Source of the DNA: a virus
Virus record (IMG/VR): IMGVR_UViG_3300042889_002115
Coordinates: 1-64,000 of that record
Length of the DNA: 64,000 nt
Direction: 5' to 3' (one strand)
Position 1 is the first letter of the stretch; every line of letters begins with the position of its first letter. The translations under genes and the position numbers were made by a program. Under the pieces are notes generated by a model, which was given only the letters and a program-made list of their open reading frames with translations, made no database searches and was not told the origin of the DNA. Below are positions 55,254 to 64,000 of this stretch, one piece after another.

Positions 55254-56074
55254 ACAGGTGGGCCAAGTTACTGGCAACATCAGCCTTGATCATGTGCGGA
55301 AATGTGCAAGCCAAGCCAAGTATCTGGGTGTACAATCAAACTCAAGACACAATTGTTTTCAATCAAAATGTCAACACAGTTAGACCAATTGCATCTATTA
55401 CCAAATTGATGACAGCCATGGTGGCCTTGGACCATGACCCTGCGCTTGCTCGTAGCATAAAACTCATCAACCGTGTGGGCAGTAGCTTGCCAAACGGGCA
55501 TTACACTCGACGTCAGTTGTTTGATGCTATGCTGGTACGCAGTGACAACGCAGCAGCCGAAACACTGGCAGAAGACTTTCCCGGCGGCAGAGCGGCTTTT
55601 GTCCGAGCCATGAATCGTCGGGCTCGTGCCCTGGGCATGACCGGCACTAGATTTCAAGATCCCTCAGGACTGAGCCGAAGCAATGTGGGCACCGCAGGAG
55701 ACATAGGCACCTTGGTCACAGCCGCTGGCAAATACGCACTCATACGAGAAATCAGTGTGCAGCAACAAGTTCGGATTGAGTCACACTTTAAACAGCGTGT
55801 TCGAATCATTTCTTTGCCCAATACCAATCAGCCCGTGTTGTTTAGTTTTGACAACATACAGGTCAGCAAAACAGGATTTACTAATCCTGCTGGTTGGTGT
55901 GTGGCTCTGCTGGTGGAACGCAACAAGCAGACATTTGCTGTGGTGGTATTGGGGTCCGAAAACAAGTCTCGCAGACTTGACACAGTAAGAAATCTAATGT
56001 ATAATCATATTAATGATGCAGCAGAATTGCCCGCGGTGGACGATCCCAGCATCATACCGGAGATAAGATGGTAG
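55250..56074 (+). CDS. D-alanyl-D-alanine endo/carboxypeptidase (peptidase S11, PBP7-like)
   Basis: Signal peptide; ASITK (SxxK), SDN (SxN), SKTG (KTG); DPSGLS. Confidence 0.92.
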   Translation: MNRWAKLLATSALIMCGNVQAKPSIWVYNQTQDTIVFNQNVNTVRPIASITKLMTAMVALDHDPALARSIKLINRVGSSLPNGHYTRRQLFDAMLVRSDNAAAETLAEDFPGGRAAFVRAMNRRARALGMTGTRFQDPSGLSRSNVGTAGDIGTLVTAAGKYALIREISVQQQVRIESHFKQRVRIISLPNTNQPVLFSFDNIQVSKTGFTNPAGWCVALLVERNKQTFAVVVLGSENKSRRLDTVRNLMYNHINDAAELPAVDDPSIIPEIRW

Positions 56075-56457
56075 AAAATAAATTGTCAATTTGGGAACAG
56101 CAAGAAATTGTGCGACTGCTCAAGGGAGCGCCAGGCACACAGTATCAAGCAGCAGATGATGCCAACAAAATGATCATGCGAGATTGGATAAAGAGTTTGC
56201 TGCAAGCATCCACAATTACAGTACAGTTTACCAAGGCTGATGGCACGGTACGGGACATGCAATGCACACTAAATCCTGAACAACTGCCAGACATGGTCAC
56301 AACCGGCCCGGTGGACGGTATTGTTGTGGAATCTGCCAGGCCTCGAAAAGTACCTGATCCACACAGTTTGCGAGTGTTTGATGTAGAAAAACAAGAATGG
56401 CGCAGTTTTAGATTTGATCGTTTGCTCAAGATCACAGCTGAACTAAAGTTTGAATGA
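56068..56457 (+). CDS. WYL-like SH3 beta-barrel protein
   Basis: VQFTKADGTVRDMQCTL...VFDVEKQEWRSFRFD. Confidence 0.75.
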   Translation: MVENKLSIWEQQEIVRLLKGAPGTQYQAADDANKMIMRDWIKSLLQASTITVQFTKADGTVRDMQCTLNPEQLPDMVTTGPVDGIVVESARPRKVPDPHSLRVFDVEKQEWRSFRFDRLLKITAELKFE

Positions 56458-56885
56458 GACACTTGTATTTTGCATATGGCATGAATACACACCTAGATCA
56501 AATGGCTCAGCGTTGTCCTGGTGCCGAAGTTGTGGGCGTGGCTGAGCTACAGGACTATGCTCTAGAGTTTGCTTACCACTGCAATGTCACCCCTGTGCCC
56601 GGATCAAGCGTGCCAGGTCTGCTGTGGACCATAACTGATCAGGATCTGGAAGCACTGGATTGGGTCGAAGGATATCCTGTCTATTACGATCGTTTACAAG
56701 TGCCAGTTGCGGTCAACGGGATTGTACTCAACGCTGTGGTGTATGTTATGACGGGCAAAACACAGCCATGCCCGCCCGGACAGGGATACTTGGACCTGGT
56801 GCGAACTGGCTATGCCCAGAACAAAATAAATCAAACACAGCTGGATCTGGCATTAAATAAAAGCTATGAACTATACACTGTTTAA
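56454..56885 (+). CDS. Gamma-glutamylcyclotransferase (AIG2-like) family protein
   Basis: [24 protein letters not shown]...V..GY. Confidence 0.85.
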   Translation: MRHLYFAYGMNTHLDQMAQRCPGAEVVGVAELQDYALEFAYHCNVTPVPGSSVPGLLWTITDQDLEALDWVEGYPVYYDRLQVPVAVNGIVLNAVVYVMTGKTQPCPPGQGYLDLVRTGYAQNKINQTQLDLALNKSYELYTV

Positions 56886-56887
56886 CT

Positions 56888-57106
56888 GTGGCTAAAGAAA
56901 CGACCATCAACATGGAAGGTAAAGTGGAAGAAATTCTTCCGGCTGCTATGTTCCGCATCCGACTGGACGTGAATCAAAGCATGGTCCTGGGTCATCTAAG
57001 TGGCCGCATGCGAACCAACAACATCAAGGTACTGCTGGGAGATCGTGTGGAAATGGAATTTTCACCATACGATCTCACTCGTGGGCGTATTACCCGTCGC
57101 AAATAA
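56888..57106 (+). CDS. infA: Translation initiation factor IF-1
   Basis: [47 protein letters not shown]. Confidence 0.95.
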   Translation: MAKETTINMEGKVEEILPAAMFRIRLDVNQSMVLGHLSGRMRTNNIKVLLGDRVEMEFSPYDLTRGRITRRK

Positions 57107-57114
57107 ATACTAGT

Positions 57115-57663
57115 ATGACCATCAGACAAACCATTGACCTAATAGAAGCGTCCACTCGCCCGGCCAAGCTGGAAACCACTCCTTTGCCCTATGGCGAAAA
57201 GGATCTGGACCCTGTATTGAGTGCAGACAGCATCAACTATCACTACGGCCACCTGGCCCGGGGCTATGCCAAACGCTACAATGCAGGAGAAGGCAATGCA
57301 GATTTTAATCGTGCTGGTAGTTTTCTACACAATAAATTTTTCCCCCAGCTTAGGGCTCCCAAGGGCGCCAATCGTCCCAGGGGAGCAGTACTTGAACTTA
57401 TAGAGACCAACTTCAAAACATACGAAGACTTCAAAGAAGAGTTCAAACAAACTGCCATGAAGATCCAAGGATCAGGCTGGGTGTATTTGAGCACAGGTGG
57501 AGCAATCAAAACAATTGCCAACCATGCAGTTCGTACTGATATCTGTGTGCTGGTGGACTGGTGGGAACATGTGTGGGCCACAGATTACCAGTGGGACAAA
57601 GAAGCATACCTTGATAATATCTGGAAGATTATCAACTGGGACGTTTGCAACGAAAGACTGTAA
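57115..57663 (+). CDS. Fe/Mn superoxide dismutase
   Basis: PLPY, HY...Y, LHNKFF, QGSGW, DWWEH; TAAATA at 57104. Confidence 0.88.
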   Translation: MTIRQTIDLIEASTRPAKLETTPLPYGEKDLDPVLSADSINYHYGHLARGYAKRYNAGEGNADFNRAGSFLHNKFFPQLRAPKGANRPRGAVLELIETNFKTYEDFKEEFKQTAMKIQGSGWVYLSTGGAIKTIANHAVRTDICVLVDWWEHVWATDYQWDKEAYLDNIWKIINWDVCNERL

Positions 57664-57983
57664 TGAATATTTTACCTGGTGCTGTGACCAAACTTCAAGA
57701 ATTGTTTGCTGAAGAAAACAATCCCAATCTCAAACTTCGTGTGTTTGTGCAAGGTGGCGGCTGTTCAGGATTCAGCTATGGATTCACATTTGACGAAGTT
57801 CAAGCTGAAGACGACTTTGACTTTGTGGCTGAAGACGTCAAGGTTCTGGTAGATGCCATGAGCATGCAGTATCTTCAAGGTTCTGATATTGACTACAAGG
57901 AAGATGCCATGGGCTCCAGCTTTGTGATCAACAATCCTCAAGCGGCCAGCACCTGCGGCTGCGGATCAAGTTTTAGCGTTTAA
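57663..57983 (+). CDS. erpA: Iron-sulfur cluster insertion protein ErpA (HesB/IscA family)
   Basis: [39 protein letters not shown]. Confidence 0.93.
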   Translation: MNILPGAVTKLQELFAEENNPNLKLRVFVQGGGCSGFSYGFTFDEVQAEDDFDFVAEDVKVLVDAMSMQYLQGSDIDYKEDAMGSSFVINNPQAASTCGCGSSFSV

Positions 57984-58172
57984 CCAAGCGGTGTACTCTG
58001 TTGCAAGAGGATGTGTCAGCACTTGCTGACCAGTTGCATGACCAATCAGTGGCAATCCTGGCATGATTTTATCTAGTAACGTGGCATGTTCAGAAATTAT
58101 CTGAAACAATACATGTTTCTCATCTTGCGGTAATCCAATGATAGTCTGGGTAATGGTCGGTATTGTGTACAT
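57966..58172 (-). CDS. Hypothetical protein
   Basis: Immediately downstream of minus-strand structural gene. Confidence 0.55.
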   Translation of the reverse strand: MYTIPTITQTIIGLPQDEKHVLFQIISEHATLLDKIMPGLPLIGHATGQQVLTHPLATEYTAWLNAKT

Positions 58173-58174
58173 TT

Positions 58175-60010
58175 TTATTTCCGTGTAAATAATTTTCCTA
58201 GCCCGGCAACTGTCCTGAGAGCCACAAATACTGGTATAAGCATCAGTCCCTTGCCAAACCCAGCTGGACGTTTACTTGGACCCATCACCCGCTGCCAGAC
58301 ACCAACTACTTTACATATTGGAGTTCCCACAGCCATTATGGCTTTGCCTGTTGCATTACTTGATTCTCTACAACCCATTTGATAGGCCATTTCTTCGGCC
58401 CAGGGTGTGGCAATTTCTTGTGCCCAACTGGTTGACCAACGTTGAGTAATTTCACGTCTACGTTGCTCTGACAACCAAGGCATCATGTTGGGACCATTGC
58501 CGTCCATCCAGTCAACCACAATTTCTGCCCAGGCACGATATCCGTTGTAAAGGTCTGGATGGGATTTCACTAGATCCGCACCAAATGCTTGATCGGCTTC
58601 GTAGATCTCTTTGCTCATTAATCCAAGCTCGTGTAGTTTGGTACAAATGATCTTGCCGCCGCCACCACCGCCACCTTGGCCCCCTATTCCTTCTCTTGGG
58701 TTTATGCCAAATCGACCTGGCACGTTGCTGAATCCTGGTGCTTCAGATCCGTTGATAGTAGCCCAGTCCCCGTCTTTTTTAATATAAGTTGATTGTACCG
58801 GTTGCCAAACGTTGTTTAATTTTACATAAGTTTGAGTCACTGGTTGGAAAGATACACCGTCATGCACAAAAGTTCCTGGTACTTCAAATTCAAAAACTGC
58901 AAAGCCTGGCACTCCACCGCCACCACCAAAGGATCCGCCCCGACCGGCCCTACCGGGATAGTAAGAGTTGGTTGTGCCGCCAGGTTGAAGGCCCACAGGA
59001 TCTTGAAAATCACCTGAACTCAGACCAAATGCACCTGCAAATCCTCCTGTGTCACCGCCTGGAGTAGTTCCGCCATTGCCGCCAGCCCAGCCCCCACCAC
59101 CACCACCACCGCCGCCACCGTCTCCTGATTTGTTGGTACCGTTTTGTCCAGCATTATCTCCTACTGCGGCCTGACCACGATCTCCTGGCGCAGTTTGACC
59201 TATTGCTGCGCCAGTATTGCCACCGCCACCACCACCTGCACCGCCACCTGCTGCGCCAATTGGCACACCATTTAGTAAAATCACAGTACCGCCACCACCA
59301 CCACCGCCAGCGCCCGAAGTACCAGAGCCGCCTGCGTTGCCACCACGACCGCCACTGTAGGCGACGCCTTGGTTGATAGTCAATGCCACAGCTCCTGGTC
59401 CGCCAGTGTTGGTTCCTAAAATTCTTATGGAATGATTGCCTGCAGACACCGGTATGCTGATAGTGAATTCGTTAGTATAGTTGTTGGCAAAAAACGCTGA
59501 TGTGCCGTCAATAAAAAATTGAGCAGAGTTGTCAGCTGATGCTGTAAATTGATAGTCGCCTGACACTGGAAAATTCACAGTGTAGGTTCGATCAAATACA
59601 GCCGCACTAGTTGGGTTTACCCAAACACCGTAGGTGTTTAAGAATGTGCAATAGGCTGAATTGAACTGTTTGAATACTGGCGGGCTAGCAGCATTGTCAA
59701 TGGTGTTAAAATCGCTTGATTCAAGGAGACTGGCCCCAGCAAAACCACCGCCTGCGCCACGTTGTCCACTTGCACCCGGCCCACCGCCTTCGCCAACTGC
59801 AACCTCAAGCACATCGCCAACATTGATGGTAAATTGCACTGGTGTGAATCCGGCGCCACATCCGTTCCCGCCTCGGTTAGAGTCATTGCCACCACCACCA
59901 CCACCGCCTCCCCATAGATAAGCAGTTACTGGAACGTTGTTACCTTGCGCCCAGATCAACTGTTGCAAAGAGCCAGTATAGCCGGCTGGTCTGACTACGA
60001 TTTTTCCCAT
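58175..60010 (-). CDS. Glycine-rich virion protein with PA14-like domain and distinct C-terminal domain
   Basis: Poly-G stretches; YQFTASADNSAQFFIDG; GGGKIICTKLHELG C-domain. Confidence 0.7.
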   Translation of the reverse strand: MGKIVVRPAGYTGSLQQLIWAQGNNVPVTAYLWGGGGGGGGNDSNRGGNGCGAGFTPVQFTINVGDVLEVAVGEGGGPGASGQRGAGGGFAGASLLESSDFNTIDNAASPPVFKQFNSAYCTFLNTYGVWVNPTSAAVFDRTYTVNFPVSGDYQFTASADNSAQFFIDGTSAFFANNYTNEFTISIPVSAGNHSIRILGTNTGGPGAVALTINQGVAYSGGRGGNAGGSGTSGAGGGGGGGTVILLNGVPIGAAGGGAGGGGGGNTGAAIGQTAPGDRGQAAVGDNAGQNGTNKSGDGGGGGGGGGGWAGGNGGTTPGGDTGGFAGAFGLSSGDFQDPVGLQPGGTTNSYYPGRAGRGGSFGGGGGVPGFAVFEFEVPGTFVHDGVSFQPVTQTYVKLNNVWQPVQSTYIKKDGDWATINGSEAPGFSNVPGRFGINPREGIGGQGGGGGGGKIICTKLHELGLMSKEIYEADQAFGADLVKSHPDLYNGYRAWAEIVVDWMDGNGPNMMPWLSEQRRREITQRWSTSWAQEIATPWAEEMAYQMGCRESSNATGKAIMAVGTPICKVVGVWQRVMGPSKRPAGFGKGLMLIPVFVALRTVAGLGKLFTRK

Positions 60011-60013
60011 ATA

Positions 60014-61684
60014 TTAAATTTGATACCAAATGTCACCGTCTTGTCCGCCTGTGGGCGATGATGTACTTACATAACGTGTGCCGTATCCATTACTATTGGT
60101 GGCGATGCTTAGTGTACGATCAGTAACAAGACTACCGCCGCCAGCAAGGCCAGCACCTGCTATAATTTGTGTACTACTTCCAGCAGCAGCAAGACTGGTT
60201 CTTGCACCTGCAGCAGTGTTGGCTCCGGTTCCGCCATCGGCTATGGCCAAAGAAATAATACCACTGATGGAGCCACTGGTAATAGTTACATTGGCACCAT
60301 TGAACTGAGTAATCCCTACCATGGTGCCGCCTGTGATTCCCACAGCATTGGCATTTTGTGTTGAGATACTGCCAAGTCCAAGTCCTGCCCGTGCACCTGG
60401 TTGGTCGGTGCCGCTTGTGCCACCCGACGACACTGCTAGTGGGGTATTGAGTCCAGAAATATTGCCACCAATGATATTGATGTTGTCTGCATTTTGCGTA
60501 GACACAGTGCCCAACCCAATATTTATACGAGCATTGGCAGCATTGGTGGCACCCGTGCCACCAGATATTATTGCAAGTGGAGACGTTAGATTGCTAATAG
60601 CACTATTGGTAATAGAAATGTTATCTAAGGTACCACCGGTGATAGTAATTTCGCCTGAATTTTGAGTAGCAATATTTCCCAGCCCTAGATTGATCCTGGC
60701 ATCAGCAGCAGTATTTGAACCAGTTCCTCCAAATGCAATCGACAGCGGAGAAATACCTGTGATGGTTCCGCCTGTGATGGCTACTGCGTTAGAATTTTGC
60801 TGACTCATTGTGGGCAAGTTTGAAGCTGTTTGTTGCACAAACTGTGTAGTAGCAATTTGAGTTGTACTGGTTCCCACTGCAGCAGTGGGTGCAATGGGTG
60901 TGCCTGTAAATGCAGGACTGACTTTTTCGCCTTGCACAAAAGCAGTTGTTGCAATTCTGGTACTAGAGTCACCTGTAGCGGCTGTGGTAGCAGTGGGAGT
61001 ACCAGTTAATACAGGACTAATTTTTTGTAACTGAACAAACTCTGTAGTGGCCAACTGTGTGGTATTGGCAGTGGCAGTTGCAGTGGGCGCTGTGGGTATG
61101 CCTGCAAATTGCGGGCCAGCTGTGACAAAAGCTGTAGTGGCCAACTGTGTGGTGTTGGTTCCCGCAGCGGCTGTGGGCGCTGTGGGTATGCCTGCAAATT
61201 GCGGGCCAGCTGTGACAAAAGCTGTAGTGGCCAACTGTGTGGTGTTGGTTCCCGCAGCGGCTGTGGGTGCAACAGGCACACCGACAAATTGCGGGCTGTT
61301 GGTCACAAAAGCAGTGGTAGCCACCTGGGTAGTGGCTGTGCCTGCGGCTGCTGTGGGTGCAGTGGGGGTGCCCGTAAATGCAGGGCTGACTTTTTGTAGT
61401 TGCACATATTCTTGTGTAGCCAGTGGAATCCACGCATTGCCTGAGCCGTATGTGGAAATCACATCTATAGCATTGTTGTACCACAGTTGTCCCAGTATGG
61501 GTTGCAAAGGTGCAGTACTGTTGGCAAAGTTTTCCAACAAAAACACATAGTTTTCGTTTTCAAAAGTACCGTAGTCAGTAAGGGCTCGTCCTACCAAAGA
61601 TAGGTCTGTGGCAGTGGTGTTTACTGTGCCATCTGCTACTACTGCAATGACTTGCCCGCGGCTGTTGTTGATAATATATGACAT
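60014..61684 (-). CDS. Tail fibre / baseplate-associated structural protein with repeats
   Basis: NENYVFLLENFA..P..P..GQLWY N-domain; SPAFTGTPTAPTA repeats; GGTGA...ARINLGLG repeats; GDIWYQI end; start at MSYIIN. Confidence 0.8.
   Translation of the reverse strand: MSYIINNSRGQVIAVVADGTVNTTATDLSLVGRALTDYGTFENENYVFLLENFANSTAPLQPILGQLWYNNAIDVISTYGSGNAWIPLATQEYVQLQKVSPAFTGTPTAPTAAAGTATTQVATTAFVTNSPQFVGVPVAPTAAAGTNTTQLATTAFVTAGPQFAGIPTAPTAAAGTNTTQLATTAFVTAGPQFAGIPTAPTATATANTTQLATTEFVQLQKISPVLTGTPTATTAATGDSSTRIATTAFVQGEKVSPAFTGTPIAPTAAVGTSTTQIATTQFVQQTASNLPTMSQQNSNAVAITGGTITGISPLSIAFGGTGSNTAADARINLGLGNIATQNSGEITITGGTLDNISITNSAISNLTSPLAIISGGTGATNAANARINIGLGTVSTQNADNINIIGGNISGLNTPLAVSSGGTSGTDQPGARAGLGLGSISTQNANAVGITGGTMVGITQFNGANVTITSGSISGIISLAIADGGTGANTAAGARTSLAAAGSSTQIIAGAGLAGGGSLVTDRTLSIATNSNGYGTRYVSTSSPTGGQDGDIWYQI
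61083..61330. repeat. 90-nt (30-aa) tandem repeat, two identical copies plus a diverged third
   Basis: 61083-61172 identical to 61173-61262. Confidence 0.9.
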
Positions 61685-61703
61685 TAATTGCTCCGAATAC
61701 GTG

Positions 61704-61753
61704 TATTTAGTACTTGACAGGTTGTTGCTGTAGCACAAAACTTTTGGTAAATA
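61704..61753. promoter_or_regulatory. Divergent pair of TAAATA late promoters
   Basis: TATTTA at 61704-61709 and TAAATA at 61748-61753 between divergent structural genes. Confidence 0.75.
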
Positions 61754-61774
61754 CAATCAACAGGAATTTCAAAC

Positions 61775-64000
61775 ATGGCACAGCAAACGATCAATGTAGG
61801 CAACGTAGCAAACGATGGGCAAGGCGATCCTGTCCGTACTGCTTTTGAAAAAACAAACAGCAATTTTACTGAACTTTTTAATATTGGTGGTATTTCGGGT
61901 ATTGCCAATGGCACTTCAAACATTCAAATTGTTGAAGATTCCACTGTGAGTGTAAGTGCCGCCAACGTGGCCAACGTGTTTGTGGTTTCAGGGACCGGAG
62001 CAACAGTAAAAGGCACATTGGTAGCCAATACCACAATTTCTGCCACAGGCAACATCACATCAGGCGGTTTGTTCTTTGGCAACGGATCCCAGCTGACTGG
62101 CGTGGTTGCAAGTGCTCCGGCTGCGCTGATCACAGGAAACACACTCAGTGCCAACGTGATAAATTCAAGTTTGGTCACTGTGGGGACATTGACTTCGTTG
62201 TTGGTATCAGGCAATGCCACAGGCGGCAACTTGACTTCTAGCGGTGTTGTTACTGCATCTGGCAACATCTCTGGACAAAACATTGTGACCAATGGCACTG
62301 TGAGTGCAGCAGGCAACGTCACTGGCAGCAACATTGTCACAGCAGGTCAGGTCAACAGCACAGGCAACATCACCAGCCTGGGCAACATCACCGCCAGCTA
62401 CTTCATCGGCGATGGCAGTTTGTTAAGCAATGTCAGTGGCAGCGGTGGCGGCTCTAATGCACAGCTACTGACCGGAAGCACACTGAGTTCAAACGTGGTC
62501 AACTCTGTTCTACAAACAGTAGGCGACCTAAACAGTTTGGTGGTCAGCAATGCCCTGGGCGGCACTGGCAATATTGCCAGCAACAATATCAGTGCGGCAG
62601 CCAGCATGATTGCAACCGGCAACATCACAGGCGGCAACATTATTAGTCTTGGCACAGTGTCCACTGTGACTATCACAGCTCTGGGCGAAATACAATGCGA
62701 CAATGTGATTGCCAATACCACCGCAGGCACAGTGGCAGGCAATCTAGTGGCTGCAACCAGTTTGATTACCACATCAGTGTTGAGTGCTTCGGGCAACATC
62801 ACAGGTGGCAATGTGGCCACAGCCGGACGAATAATTGCCACAGGCAACATCACAGGTGGCAACTTGATTGGTGCAATTGCTACTGCCAGTCAGACTGCTA
62901 TCACAGCAATTGGTACACTGGGCAGTCTAAACGTAACAGGCAATATTGCCGGTGGGAATATCTCCTTGGGCGGAGAAGTTGTGGCCACAGCCAACGTCAG
63001 CGGCGGCAACGTGATCAGCGGCGGCCTAATCAGTGCAGCAGGAGCAGTAACTGTGGTGGGCAACGTCACCGGCGGTAACATCAGCACAGCTGGCCTGATC
63101 ACTGTGGTGGGCAACGTCACCGGCGGCAACATCAGCACAGCAGGTCAGGTCAGTGCCACCGGTGCCATCACAGGCGGCAGTTTGACAGTGAACGGTGCCA
63201 CTGTGATTGCTGGCAACTTGACTGTGACCGGCAATACTTTTTACACCAACGTTGAGACCCTGGCCATTCAGGATCCTATTATTAGCCTAGGCAACGGTGC
63301 TAACAATGCTCCACTGATTAGCAACGACAGCAAGGATCGCGGAACTGCTCTGCAGTATTATGACACTGCTGCAAGAACAGCATTTGTGGGCTACGACAAT
63401 AGTGTAAACAAACTGGTTGCTGCAGTTCGAGTCAACATTACCAACGAAGTGATCACTGTGAGTAGTTACGGCACACTGGTAGTGGGCACACTAGAAGGCA
63501 GCAATGTCAGCGTCACAGGCGATGTCAATGCTGGCAATGTGGTATCTGTAGGATTTGTACAGTCAGCCACAGTTTCTGCGTCAGGCAACGTCACTGGCGG
63601 CAATGTCGTCACCAGCGGCCTGATCAGTGCAGGAGGCACTGTCAGTGCAACAGGCAACGTCACCGGCGGCAACATAAGAACAGCAGGTTCAGTCAGTGCC
63701 ACAGGAACCGTCATAGGCGGCCTAATCAGTGCAACAGGCAACGTCACCGGTGCTCAGTTCAATGGATCTGGTGCAGGTCTAACATCAATTCCTGGTGCCC
63801 AGGTCACAGGCACTGTGCCTAGTGCAACCACCGCCTCCACCGCAGGATCAGCAACCACCGCAGGATCAGCAACCACAGCAGGATCAGCAACCACCGCAAC
63901 CACAGCAGGCACAGTGACCACAGCGGCACAGCCCAATATTACCAGCCTGGGTTCGTTGATCAGCTTGATCATACCAGTATCAAGTTTTGATCCAGCAAGT
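61775..64000 (+). CDS. Large repeat-rich tail fibre/baseplate protein, gp9/gp10-like N-terminus (3' truncated; absent from ORF track)
   Basis: MAQQTINVGNVANDGQGDPVRTAFEKTNSNFTELF; 17-aa GNVTGGN repeats; ATTAGS repeats near 63826-63915. Confidence 0.8.
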   Translation, partial: MAQQTINVGNVANDGQGDPVRTAFEKTNSNFTELFNIGGISGIANGTSNIQIVEDSTVSVSAANVANVFVVSGTGATVKGTLVANTTISATGNITSGGLFFGNGSQLTGVVASAPAALITGNTLSANVINSSLVTVGTLTSLLVSGNATGGNLTSSGVVTASGNISGQNIVTNGTVSAAGNVTGSNIVTAGQVNSTGNITSLGNITASYFIGDGSLLSNVSGSGGGSNAQLLTGSTLSSNVVNSVLQTVGDLNSLVVSNALGGTGNIASNNISAAASMIATGNITGGNIISLGTVSTVTITALGEIQCDNVIANTTAGTVAGNLVAATSLITTSVLSASGNITGGNVATAGRIIATGNITGGNLIGAIATASQTAITAIGTLGSLNVTGNIAGGNISLGGEVVATANVSGGNVISGGLISAAGAVTVVGNVTGGNISTAGLITVVGNVTGGNISTAGQVSATGAITGGSLTVNGATVIAGNLTVTGNTFYTNVETLAIQDPIISLGNGANNAPLISNDSKDRGTALQYYDTAARTAFVGYDNSVNKLVAAVRVNITNEVITVSSYGTLVVGTLEGSNVSVTGDVNAGNVVSVGFVQSATVSASGNVTGGNVVTSGLISAGGTVSATGNVTGGNIRTAGSVSATGTVIGGLISATGNVTGAQFNGSGAGLTSIPGAQVTGTVPSATTASTAGSATTAGSATTAGSATTATTAGTVTTAAQPNITSLGSLISLIIPVSSFDPAS

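Noticed and set aside
61083-61330. Tandem repeats as possible CRISPR or DGR template/variable pair
   Set aside because: In-frame 30-aa coding repeats with no spacers, no adenine-specific mismatches and no reverse transcriptase in the window
61924-63972. Several minus-strand ORFs rich in LPPV
   Set aside because: Antisense shadows of the GNVTGGN-repeat plus-strand gene starting at 61775
1-64000. Bacterial chromosome or prophage origin; stop-codon reassignment; tRNA genes
   Set aside because: Host-like genes are isolated among phage genes, no integrase seen; genes are intact under the standard code with TAG, TGA and TAA all used as stops; no cloverleaf with a T-loop motif was seen by eye

Overview
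A 64 kb fragment of a large lytic dsDNA phage, probably a T4-related jumbo myovirus. It is not bacterial chromosome. Evidence: nrdA/nrdB/glutaredoxin, an ATP-dependent DNA ligase, a PAAR spike protein, gp9/gp10-like and tail-fibre repeat proteins, dense small orphan ORFs behind near-consensus sigma70 early promoters, and a recurrent TAAATA late-promoter motif. The standard genetic code fits all genes. Host-like genes (PstS, ErpA, ClpS, ClpP, desaturase, phasin-like) look betaproteobacterial, suggesting an aquatic Burkholderiales host (inference). The window is rich in host-takeover genes. The leading candidate for an undescribed system is a phosphate-scavenging lipid-remodelling module at 23.6-27.5 kb: PstS, a PlcP-type phospholipase C, an Agt-type GT4 glycolipid synthase and an adjacent fatty acid desaturase, with Pho-box-like repeats in front of both pstS and plcP. 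Other candidates are (i) an amidinotransferase / nucleotide-sugar dehydrogenase / 2OG-oxygenase / glycosyltransferase-like cluster, (ii) a phasin-like gene with a PhaR-type operator and a ROSE-like leader, (iii) ClpX, ClpS, two ClpP and Hsp20, (iv) a ParB-like / GIY-YIG / HNH-like triplet, (v) ArfA-like, IF-1 and alarmone-hydrolase-like genes, (vi) a candidate structured ncRNA, (vii) a dispersed family of about 8-9 small 'FxLKW' paralogs and (viii) repeated promoter cassettes. All family assignments come from motif recognition by eye; no database searches were run.
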